Shown here in pieces: positions 1 through 8,617 of a DNA stretch of 64,000 nucleotides. The DNA comes from a virus (Duplodnaviria; Caudoviricetes). The notes under the pieces were generated by a model. The model was not told the DNA's origin. It saw only the letters and a program-made list of their open reading frames with translations, and did not search any database. Location of the stretch: IMG/VR virus record IMGVR_UViG_3300021399_000098; one strand, given 5' to 3'. The first letter of the stretch is position 1. Every line of letters begins with the position of its first letter. Position numbers and translations under genes: made by a program.

Positions 1-856
1 CGTGTTCTACCCCAAGTTCTGAAATATAATCACTAATTTCCTTTTCATATGAAGAAATGAATCTATTTTTTGACACAACAAGATTTCCAAGTTTCATATC
101 CCTCTGTGCTTGCTCTAGCATATCTTTTGACATAACTCTTGCGTCTGGATATTGCTTCTTAAATTCCACCATTCCCATACCATGTGAGTTTCTAAGGTGA
201 CTATAAGTAATCTTAGGCATTTTTTTTCCACAAATAGGGCATACCACATAGTTATTAGGGTCTTCGAGTCTTATTTCTTTTTCAATCACCTTAGTTTGAT
301 TTTTGAAATATTTATAATCCTCTGGGTGTCTCTCAAGATGTTCCTTAACAGTCATATGGTGAACTGAAGTTAAGTGATGTGTAAAAGCACCACTCTTATT
401 ACCAATATCATTAGTACCCCAATCGCAGTAAGGGCATTTAATAGAATATTCTATATCTTTTTCTTCCACAATATCAAACCATTGCTCCCACCAATAGTTA
501 CCAGTTTCCATATAGTATTTTCTTCTGTCATACAAAGTAGGAACTTTAACATGGTACACTTTCTCTATATGTGTCGTCAGTAGTCCAGCATTGTTCATAT
601 GGTCTTTATATTTAGTACCGTTGTTTTTGTCAACTGCGACATAATGATACCCATCATGTTCTTTGTATTTCTTTACACGATAGTCAGCGACAACAAATGA
701 ACTCTTGTCCATTGGCTGTTTACCTTTTTTCCTCAATTCAACCCCATTGTCGGAGAGTATTTTTTTCACTTTCAATTTGCCAATATGATATTTCTCACAA
801 ACATCATATATACTCATACCATTTTGATAATCATTTATTAATTCCTCTGTATTCAT
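1..856 (-). CDS. Zn-finger-containing putative homing endonuclease (Hef/Vsr-like), 3' end outside window
   Basis: Missing from the ORF track because it runs off the edge. Manual translation from ATG 856 gives MNTEELINDYQNGMSIYDVCEKYHIG... with CPYC..H..H and CPIC..H..H motifs, then SSYEKEISDYI, typical of the start of a PD-(D/E)XK/Vsr-like domain. TATCTTTGCA promoter at 876-885. Confidence 0.6.
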   Translation of the reverse strand, partial: MNTEELINDYQNGMSIYDVCEKYHIGKLKVKKILSDNGVELRKKGKQPMDKSSFVVADYRVKKYKEHDGYHYVAVDKNNGTKYKDHMNNAGLLTTHIEKVYHVKVPTLYDRRKYYMETGNYWWEQWFDIVEEKDIEYSIKCPYCDWGTNDIGNKSGAFTHHLTSVHHMTVKEHLERHPEDYKYFKNQTKVIEKEIRLEDPNNYVVCPICGKKMPKITYSHLRNSHGMGMVEFKKQYPDARVMSKDMLEQAQRDMKLGNLVVSKNRFISSYEKEISDYISELGVEH

Positions 857-971
857 ATAACTTATATTTTTATAGTGCAAAGATATATATTTTTTTCTAA
901 TTTTCAAACATTTATCAATTATATATAATAAATATCAGAAAAAAATAAAAAGGGTTGGATAAAAACGATAA

Positions 972-1004
972 AAAATCTTGAGCGATTTCTCACCCAAGAT
1001 TTTT
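972..1004 (-). terminator. Intrinsic terminator after major capsid gene
   Basis: AAAAATCTTG...CAAGATTTTT inverted repeat just downstream of the gp23 stop. Confidence 0.6.
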
Positions 1005-1029
1005 ATATAAGTTACTGAAGTTCAGCGAT

Positions 1030-3072
1030 TTATCTAAACTCATTAATTGACCAATGTACAAGTCCATCAACACGTACATGTCCATAATAGCGGTTGTTAA
1101 CCATCTTCTTCGCATAACGTGTCATAATTCCCTTTACTGGTGCAAAGTTGAATGGGTTATACATAGTAGGAGTTAACTGCATTGGCACATATGGTGCATA
1201 GATGTAACCTGTGTCAAGAAGTGACTTACCCTTATGACCGATGATAATTGACCAGTGAGGTGAATATGGGTCACGATAAACAGTGTAACGTGCGTTCAAT
1301 GAACCAATCTTCTCAATACCCATATTGTACTGGTCGCTCTCTGCTGATGCGTCTGAAACGTGGAAGTACTCAAGGTTGTCGAACAATGCGCTAATTTCTG
1401 AAGATACAACTATGAAGTTTGCACCACCACGAAGAGTTGACTTGTGAATCTGTGCAGAAATCTGGTTAATCTTAGTCATAAGCTCTTGGTTCCAGTCCTT
1501 CTGAGTGTAGTTAGTTGAGAATGCTGCCATACGTCTCCAACCGTTAACATCCCAACGAGCCTGCCAAGGTGCACCCTTACGAAGGTCACGAAGAATTTCA
1601 CGGTCAATTTCTGCTGCAATCTGCTCTGAAAGGATAGCGGTCAACTCAGCCTCTGCGTCAATGTTGTGGAATGCAGAAACGTCTTGTGCCAACTCTGGTG
1701 ACCATGTAGCACGAAGCTTTCTTTCCTCAACTGATACTGTTACTGAATCAAGCTTGAAGCTAACCTCACCGATTTCGGTCTCAAGCTCAAGAGAATCATA
1801 CTGTGCCCAAGCAATCTTGAACAAACTTGCAATATTTTCCTTAGTTGCCTCGTAGTCGATAGAACCGCCAGTGGTCTTAACGATTTCTGCGTCTAAAGCA
1901 GCAGCGTCAACACCAATGTAACCATCGATAGTACCTGCTTGCTGGATAACTGGTTTAGCCAAATCCAACTCAATATACATCTTACCTTCAGCATCGCAAG
2001 CTGCACCGTATTCTACGATACCCTTACCATACTTCTGAGTAACAACTCTGAAAGGAACAGACTCGAACTTACGGAAAGCTGCGGTCTTAACAGTGTCAGA
2101 ACCAGGAGCATTAGCTGCTGCGAATTCCTTCTGAGTGATAACCTTCAAAGAAGCCAAGAAACCTTCGGTATCCATTTCGTTACCATCAGGACCAGTCAAC
2201 TTTGATGCGTTGAATGATGAGAAACCATCAATCTCAAGAATCAAGTTACGGATAGTTCCGTCAAATCCACTCTGGAAGTACATGTTCAAGTTGTCAGCGC
2301 CAAAAGGACGAACACCACCAGGGGTTAGGAATACTGGAACAGCACCACCAACCTTGATAGTAACCTTACCCTTTGAGTTGTCATACAAGAAGTCGTTGTA
2401 GAATAAGTCATACAAACTCTTCTGGAAATACTGAGTTACCTCTGGACCTGCTTGACGAAGAGCAGTTACACCAAGACCTTCAGCAGCAGCACGCTCTTTA
2501 GCTGCATCGAAGTCGGTTGCATCCTCAAGAGTCTCGTTCAACTGTGGAACGTACCATGAGTTCTTGTCAAGTTCACTTACAGTCTCGTCTGGAAGATAGT
2601 AACGTGGTTCAACACGGCCTTCCTTGTTACGGTTTACACGGTCATAACCCATGAGACCCTTGTGACGACCAGTAGTGCCATCGATGATGTCACCAGGAGT
2701 TGCGCCAGTTGCATCCTCTGGAAGTTCCCACTCTCTCTCTGAAGTAACAGGGAGGATGAAGAACAACTTACCAACTGGAAGGTTCATAGCTTGAACTGAA
2801 ACGATGTCATTAGCAAGCAACTTGCTAAATACACGTCTAATGATTGGGAAAACAACGGTCTCAAATGAACCGCTATTGTCTGAAGCAGTAGCCTCGTAAA
2901 TCAAGTGCTTTGCCTCATTTTCGTACAATGTAGCAACATTCTCCTTGATACCCTCTGGCAAACCTTCGGTAAAGCCGAGCTGGTCCCAGCGGTTCTGAAT
3001 GTCCTCACGTATCTGTCTTTGTGCGTTGTACTCGATATTACCAACTACACCACTTGATAGAAATTCCTTCAT
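1030..3072 (-). CDS. gp23: T4 gp23-like major capsid protein
   Basis: VSVQAMNLPVGKLF, RKLRATWSPELAQD, IDAEAELTAILSEQIAAEIDREI, YAPYVP and GIMTRY motifs; likely maturation site IYE|A at residue 60. Confidence 0.95.
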   Translation of the reverse strand: MKEFLSSGVVGNIEYNAQRQIREDIQNRWDQLGFTEGLPEGIKENVATLYENEAKHLIYEATASDNSGSFETVVFPIIRRVFSKLLANDIVSVQAMNLPVGKLFFILPVTSEREWELPEDATGATPGDIIDGTTGRHKGLMGYDRVNRNKEGRVEPRYYLPDETVSELDKNSWYVPQLNETLEDATDFDAAKERAAAEGLGVTALRQAGPEVTQYFQKSLYDLFYNDFLYDNSKGKVTIKVGGAVPVFLTPGGVRPFGADNLNMYFQSGFDGTIRNLILEIDGFSSFNASKLTGPDGNEMDTEGFLASLKVITQKEFAAANAPGSDTVKTAAFRKFESVPFRVVTQKYGKGIVEYGAACDAEGKMYIELDLAKPVIQQAGTIDGYIGVDAAALDAEIVKTTGGSIDYEATKENIASLFKIAWAQYDSLELETEIGEVSFKLDSVTVSVEERKLRATWSPELAQDVSAFHNIDAEAELTAILSEQIAAEIDREILRDLRKGAPWQARWDVNGWRRMAAFSTNYTQKDWNQELMTKINQISAQIHKSTLRGGANFIVVSSEISALFDNLEYFHVSDASAESDQYNMGIEKIGSLNARYTVYRDPYSPHWSIIIGHKGKSLLDTGYIYAPYVPMQLTPTMYNPFNFAPVKGIMTRYAKKMVNNRYYGHVRVDGLVHWSINEFR

Positions 3073-3108
3073 ATAATTTAATAAATTATTTTTAAGTTAT
3101 TTTTTTAT

Positions 3109-3116
3109 TATAAATA
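3109..3116 (-). promoter_or_regulatory. Putative late promoter TATTTATA (representative copy, gp23)
   Basis: Same octamer on the coding strand upstream of at least 13 structural-type genes (see findings). Confidence 0.75.
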
Positions 3117-3138
3117 CACACAAAAATCAAAAAGTGCT

Positions 3139-4656
3139 TTATTTCATCATTCTGTGCATCAAATCAAGAGAATCTAACATGTCAGGCGACTTGTAGATAG
3201 TTGTCTCATTGATTTTCTTTGAACCTTCAACCGTAAGACTCTTGTCTTCAGTGATGTTCATTTTATTTGATTTCTTTAGGTCACGACTGATGGATTCGTA
3301 AAGATTCTTAGATGCCTCAATTGTTTTAGCCTCCTTTGAGAATCTAGAAATGATTTCTTTCTTCTCATCTTGTGAAGTTGAATTTTCAGAAATCAACTTG
3401 ATAATCTGTGCAAGATTATGGTTGGTTACAGCAGCTTCCTTCAATGACTGCATAACGTCAGTCAAAGTGGTCTTAAGCTCCTTGTTCTCAGAAAGAGCCT
3501 TGTTTGCTCTTCTCATGAAGCTCTCGTTGGTCTTCTCATCACCATTGACAGTAACGGTAACATCTACATCGCCACTGTTGTAACGAGGCGTTGCAGTGCC
3601 CTTAACTCTACTGCCACCCTTACTCATAGAACGAGCGTTACGTCCGTTTGAGTTAGGAACGTGAGACTTAGATGTGCTGTTCTGTTGAACAAAACCACCA
3701 ACGTTAGTAGCCTCTTCTATGTTCTCTTCCTCAAGTTGCTTACCCTTGCTGTCGTTGAATGGCTTGTCTGCCTTATTTTTCTTGCTGCCTTTATATCCTG
3801 ACCAAGGCTTTTCAGTTCCATGAGGAACACCTGCATCCCAGTCGTTTACATTCTTGCCTGGTTCTGACATACCTGGATTGGTCATTACATCCTTTTTCTG
3901 ATAATTGTCAGTGTATCCTACGTTTGAATCATACTCTAAAACTAACTCAAACATTCTTTCTGTTGATTCATTCATATCGTCATAATCATTATTTTCAAAA
4001 TCATCTTCTGCACTGTCATCAGTAATTACTTCATCGTCACTTTCGACTCCAGTTGCTTCACCTTCGTCATCAAGTTTGATTAGGTACTCAGCTCCAGTTT
4101 CATTGTCTTGAATGTTGACATTTCCATTGTCATCTTTATGAACAAGAATCTGGTCATCATTCTTCATTAATTTGTAAACCTTTACGATTTCCTCGTCTTC
4201 CGCATTTGTAAAGTCATACTCATCGTCTGATATTTTGTACTTGTCAAAATCAGCCCATTCATCGCCATCTTCGCCCTCATCTTCTACACCGTCAATTGCG
4301 TCATCTACTTCGCCCTCATCGTCAGTTTCACCTGCGACTTCATCAGACTCCATATCTTCATCACCTTCAGTGTCAGCAGAATCAGCGTCCGTACCAGCGT
4401 CAGTGCCTTCTACGCCATCCGTAGGAGCTTCACTTGATTCGGCATCATCTGTAATATCAGAACTAGTATCTTCCACTTCCTCTTCTTCGTAGTCCTCATC
4501 ATTGCCCTCAGACAATAACTTGGCATATGTATCACGCACAGCTTCATCCAAAAGGGTCTTGACTGCGCTTTCGGTATTTTCCCTCAAAGAGTTTGCGAGT
4601 GTGTTGTAATCTAATAAAGATTCTCTAACTACTTTGCTTCTAATATTTTTGCTCAT
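3139..4656 (-). CDS. Prohead core/scaffold protein (gp22-like)
   Basis: Very acidic, coiled-coil C-terminus, many I/L-x-E sites, immediately upstream of gp23. Confidence 0.7.
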   Translation of the reverse strand: MSKNIRSKVVRESLLDYNTLANSLRENTESAVKTLLDEAVRDTYAKLLSEGNDEDYEEEEVEDTSSDITDDAESSEAPTDGVEGTDAGTDADSADTEGDEDMESDEVAGETDDEGEVDDAIDGVEDEGEDGDEWADFDKYKISDDEYDFTNAEDEEIVKVYKLMKNDDQILVHKDDNGNVNIQDNETGAEYLIKLDDEGEATGVESDDEVITDDSAEDDFENNDYDDMNESTERMFELVLEYDSNVGYTDNYQKKDVMTNPGMSEPGKNVNDWDAGVPHGTEKPWSGYKGSKKNKADKPFNDSKGKQLEEENIEEATNVGGFVQQNSTSKSHVPNSNGRNARSMSKGGSRVKGTATPRYNSGDVDVTVTVNGDEKTNESFMRRANKALSENKELKTTLTDVMQSLKEAAVTNHNLAQIIKLISENSTSQDEKKEIISRFSKEAKTIEASKNLYESISRDLKKSNKMNITEDKSLTVEGSKKINETTIYKSPDMLDSLDLMHRMMK

Positions 4657-4830
4657 TTAGAAAATATTTTTAATACATTATTTTAAATATAAATATAGCA
4701 CAAATACAAAAAAATTACGTTAAATCCCTAAAATAATAGCATTTAACTGTTTTTTCATACCTGCATTATATATAAGCTATTATATAAATATTTACATTGT
4801 CTCAAATATTTATAATAAAAAAATACTAAA

Positions 4831-5568
4831 ATGGAAAAAAACGAGCTAGATATACAGTTATTGAAAGCAGGTGTTAGAAGACCTGATTTGGAAATCATTA
4901 AAGAAGGAAAAACAGGTCATGGCATCCTAATTGAACACGATGGATATATGTACATCAAAGAAAACAGACAAATTAAAGAAAGTCTTGAAAACGGTGAGTG
5001 GCATGTTCCATACCCATTCATTGTTGACGCTGTGTTCCAAAAATTTGGAATAAAAAACGCAAACGGAAGAATATATCCTGAAGAAGTTTTGAAAAAACAA
5101 GTTGAATTATATCAACAGAAAATTGATGAAAGAAGAGCAATAGGTGAGTTAAATCACCCAGCAGAGTCAACAATTGACCTTGATAGAATTGCAATCAATA
5201 TCATAGAGCTTCATTGGGAAGGCAGAACACTAGTTGGAAAACTTGAAATAAACACTTCATATGGCTTCAGAAAACATGGAATAGTTTCAACTCGCGGAGA
5301 CCAAATGGCCAATTTGCTACTCAATGGAATAAAGATAGGAGTATCTTCTAGAGGTGTCGGTTCTGTAGAGCAAAAATTAGGACAATATATCGTTGGTGAC
5401 GATTTTGAACTAATCTGTTGGGATGTTGTTAGTGACCCTTCAACTCCAGGTGCTTACGTTGGACAACCAGAGGAATTGCAACAGTATGTTGAAAATGACA
5501 CAACAAACAAAGGAAAATCAGCCATCAATGAAAAAATAAATAAGATTAAAAGCATACTTAATTCATGA
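4831..5568 (+). CDS. gp21: Prohead core protease (gp21-like)
   Basis: NANGRIYP, GELNHP (His), GVSSRGVGS (Ser), WDVVSDPS (Asp). Confidence 0.93.
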   Translation: MEKNELDIQLLKAGVRRPDLEIIKEGKTGHGILIEHDGYMYIKENRQIKESLENGEWHVPYPFIVDAVFQKFGIKNANGRIYPEEVLKKQVELYQQKIDERRAIGELNHPAESTIDLDRIAINIIELHWEGRTLVGKLEINTSYGFRKHGIVSTRGDQMANLLLNGIKIGVSSRGVGSVEQKLGQYIVGDDFELICWDVVSDPSTPGAYVGQPEELQQYVENDTTNKGKSAINEKINKIKSILNS

Positions 5569-5612
5569 AAATTATAATCACTGAACAAGGAAAATTTAAG
5601 GCAATGATATAG
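5565..5612 (+). CDS. 15-aa mini-ORF MKIIITEQGKFKAMI (leader motif only)
   Basis: ATGA overlap with the gp21 stop; resembles the head-protein leader motif. Confidence 0.3.
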   Translation: MKIIITEQGKFKAMI

Positions 5613-5718
5613 CAGTTGACCCACAATAATTTAGCAAATGTAGTCAAAAATAACTACCTTTTTTTTTTACTTATAGTTATTTTTATTATTAAAATAACAA
5701 ATTAAAACGTATTATAAT

Positions 5719-6042
5719 ATGAATAAGAAACTAATTAGATTAACAGAATCAGACCTTCACAAGATTGTGAAAGAGTCGGTAAAAAGGGTGCTTAAAGAAG
5801 ATGATACTCAGAATTTGGGTATAAATAACTATGACCCTACTAATTATGATGAACTTACTATGAAGATAAAGGCTATAATGTCAAAAGTAAGTGAAATAAG
5901 AAATATGATAGAGGACATTTCCACAAGCCAACTTGATGTTGCTCAAAATGCTGGAAATTTGGATGGTCTTGCTGAAGAACTTTATAGGCAACTGCGATAT
6001 ACATTGCATAAAGCCAATACAAGTAACTACATAGAAGCTTAA
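5719..6042 (+). CDS. Putative internal head protein with LTESDLH leader
   Basis: N-terminus MNKKLIRLTESDLHKIVKESVKRVLKE. Confidence 0.6.
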   Translation: MNKKLIRLTESDLHKIVKESVKRVLKEDDTQNLGINNYDPTNYDELTMKIKAIMSKVSEIRNMIEDISTSQLDVAQNAGNLDGLAEELYRQLRYTLHKANTSNYIEA

Positions 6043-6150
6043 GCAGCCACAAGACCCACTCTAATCTCAGACCATTTACGAAAATTTTAGCTAAAAAATT
6101 TGCTTTTTGAAAAATAATTCTTATATTTTATATATAAGAATTATTTTTTT

Positions 6151-6585
6151 ATGAAACGATTGAACAAAGAATACAAACTAGATGTATGCAATCATGTGAT
6201 TGTAAAATATGGGAGTGTCAACAAAGACAATCCACAAGTTATTTATGTGAGCGGAAAATGCTGGGTGTCCCCCAAAACTCAAATGGACTATGAATATGTC
6301 ATATCGAGTATAGAGAAAGAAATGAAAAAAAACATAAAGTTATTCTTGATTGACGAGATAAATTTTATTAATAGGTTTATATTGGATTTTGACATCAACA
6401 CAGATAAATTCAATATTGGCGATAAAAAGTTTCTATCCTTTGATTTTTATCTGAAGCAGAATGATTCTGATATAAAGAAACTAAAGGATTTGAAAGAAAT
6501 GCTTTCTAATAAAGTAAGCACGGTTGTCAACAACTTAGTTTACCTTTTCAAGGAAAATGGCTTTACTGTGGAGAAAAGAAAGTAA
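6151..6585 (+). CDS. Hypothetical protein in head module
   Basis: 144-aa ORF with AT-rich leader. Confidence 0.6.
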   Translation: MKRLNKEYKLDVCNHVIVKYGSVNKDNPQVIYVSGKCWVSPKTQMDYEYVISSIEKEMKKNIKLFLIDEINFINRFILDFDINTDKFNIGDKKFLSFDFYLKQNDSDIKKLKDLKEMLSNKVSTVVNNLVYLFKENGFTVEKRK

Positions 6586-6621
6586 TCTTATGTTATATTT
6601 ATATTAAAATATAAATTAAAT

Positions 6622-6879
6622 ATGAAAAAAAGAATTAAACTTACAGAACAAGATATTCATAAAATAGTTAAAGAAACAATTAAAAATGTTCTAAACGAAA
6701 GTGATATTTATGAATATGATGCTAATTATGAACAGCTTATTAAAAATGAAATGCATAATTTATATGATTTAGAGGGTAAAGTCCCCTATTCATATAGGCA
6801 AGAGATACATTCTATGGTAAATACTCTACAAGGAATATTATCCAGTATTAGAATGAATGATTCCATATCAAGTATTTAA
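6622..6879 (+). CDS. Putative internal head protein with LTE leader
   Basis: MKKRIKLTEQDIHKIVKETIKNVLNE; TATTTATA at 6596-6603. Confidence 0.6.
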   Translation: MKKRIKLTEQDIHKIVKETIKNVLNESDIYEYDANYEQLIKNEMHNLYDLEGKVPYSYRQEIHSMVNTLQGILSSIRMNDSISSI

Positions 6880-6918
6880 CAAGTAGGGTCAAATAATATA
6901 TAATTACCTAAATTAAAT

Positions 6919-7296
6919 ATGAAAAAGATTATAAGATTAACAGAATCTGATTTACATAGGATTATTAAGAATTCAGTATCTAGGATATTAAAAGAAGATA
7001 TTCTAGGAAATGACTGGCATCAAGGTGATGATAATTCAGTCATGAACAACTATGAGCCATTTGATGGCCAGATTGATAGATATGAGGCTGAGAATGAATT
7101 CAGAAATCAGCACGATTGGGGAGCAGAGGGAGAAGAGCAATTTGACCCAACACATTACAACCAAGACGGCAACGTACTAGGTTGGAATGATGATGAAGCA
7201 GAAGGGTATGAAGAAGACCCAGATTGGTATAGGAATGATGTAAATCCGATTAACGATAGTCCGTCAGATGGAGATTTATATCATGGTACGTTGTAA
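6919..7296 (+). CDS. Putative acidic internal head protein with LTESDLH leader
   Basis: MKKIIRLTESDLHRIIKNSVSRILKE followed by a D/E-rich body. Confidence 0.6.
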   Translation: MKKIIRLTESDLHRIIKNSVSRILKEDILGNDWHQGDDNSVMNNYEPFDGQIDRYEAENEFRNQHDWGAEGEEQFDPTHYNQDGNVLGWNDDEAEGYEEDPDWYRNDVNPINDSPSDGDLYHGTL

Positions 7297-7325
7297 AAAA
7301 AATAGGTGAAAAATGATAATACAAT

Positions 7326-7357
7326 AAAAAGAGCAACTAATTAAAGTTGCTCTTTTT
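7326..7357. terminator. Bidirectional intrinsic terminator
   Basis: AAAAAGAGCAAC-loop-GTTGCTCTTTTT between convergent genes. Confidence 0.75.
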
Positions 7358-7360
7358 ATT

Positions 7361-7591
7361 TTACATTGACATCATCTGTTGTAGTTTTCTAAGCTCCATG
7401 ACTATACTTCCAAGTTTTTCTATGGTAACTTCATGTCTAGATACGCCATCGCCAAGGATTTGGTTGTACAAACCTTCTAATTGGTCTGCGCACACCCTAA
7501 CCGTTTCACTGTCATTAGGATTCTTATATTCTTTTAGCATTTCCTTACTCCTTATATATTCATTAATTACTTCATTGATAATATCCTTCAT
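7361..7591 (-). CDS. Small head-module protein
   Basis: MKDIINEVINE..MLKE, coupled to the upstream gene. Confidence 0.55.
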   Translation of the reverse strand: MKDIINEVINEYIRSKEMLKEYKNPNDSETVRVCADQLEGLYNQILGDGVSRHEVTIEKLGSIVMELRKLQQMMSM

Positions 7592-7596
7592 AACAG

Positions 7597-8529
7597 TTAA
7601 TCATCCATTAAAATATCTCTTATTTCAAGTAACTTTGCGATGTCCTTTACAATTGATTCTTTGTTGAACTTCTGTTCTTCCAACTGTGACTTCAATTGCT
7701 TCAACTCTGTATTTTCAGCGTCTTCCTTCAACATCTGGTTTATCTTTTCAATGCATTCGTTTTTGAACTTGTTGAAAAGCTTTTCCTTTCTCTTCTCTGC
7801 GATTGGACTTCTGAAATCAGTTATCTGCTGAACGAATGACATTTCAGACTCAGTAAGAGTGTCCTTCAACTTGCTTTCAAAGTTCTTTACAAGCTTGCTA
7901 GGGTCTACTGACTCATTTATAACATCACCCTTGTGCTTGTTCATGTATTTACATATGTTGTTGGTGCTCTCAGCCAATGTTGCAACGTTAGCTACAGAAT
8001 TCTTCTTGGTGAAGATGTTATGACCAGACTCATATAAGGTTCTCATTTCATCGTTGATAAAATCAGTAGGAATAATATTGTTCTCTTTAAGTATGTTCCT
8101 AAACTTTGCGTTTGACTTCAACAATGTTTCCCTATTGATTGTAGGTACAACTGCTTCATATAGTTTCTGTGCCAACTCTTCTGGCTTTAATACATCAGCC
8201 ATCTTACCACGATAGTTTCTTATTGCATTGTAATAGTTAAACTGACTTGACAAATTGCTGTCTTCTTTGATTAGCTTTACAACATCCCTAACGACTTTCT
8301 TGTCGTTTTTGAACAATTCTGGAAGTCTTTCTTCAAATATATGGTTCAAGATACCAAAGTTATTTGTATTAAGTTCAGCAGTAAGTTCATCCTCATGTCT
8401 GCTGTCTTCAACTGCTTCGTCTAGCATCTCTTTTACATAATCATAAGCCTTGTAATCGCCTTTCTTAAGTGCTTCGGTCATTATGCTTATGTAGTTTGAA
8501 AACTCTTCTTGATACTTGTTATTTTTCAT
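7597..8529 (-). CDS. Hypothetical prohead protein
   Basis: Helical, several I/L-x-E sites, downstream of portal, TATTTATA at 8563-8570. Confidence 0.6.
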   Translation of the reverse strand: MKNNKYQEEFSNYISIMTEALKKGDYKAYDYVKEMLDEAVEDSRHEDELTAELNTNNFGILNHIFEERLPELFKNDKKVVRDVVKLIKEDSNLSSQFNYYNAIRNYRGKMADVLKPEELAQKLYEAVVPTINRETLLKSNAKFRNILKENNIIPTDFINDEMRTLYESGHNIFTKKNSVANVATLAESTNNICKYMNKHKGDVINESVDPSKLVKNFESKLKDTLTESEMSFVQQITDFRSPIAEKRKEKLFNKFKNECIEKINQMLKEDAENTELKQLKSQLEEQKFNKESIVKDIAKLLEIRDILMDD

Positions 8530-8617
8530 ATTGTTAGTATTTTCTTTTATTGCTTTATTTCTTATAAATATAAGTAAACAACAAAAGGTGCAACATTTGA
8601 GTCACACCTTTATCATC

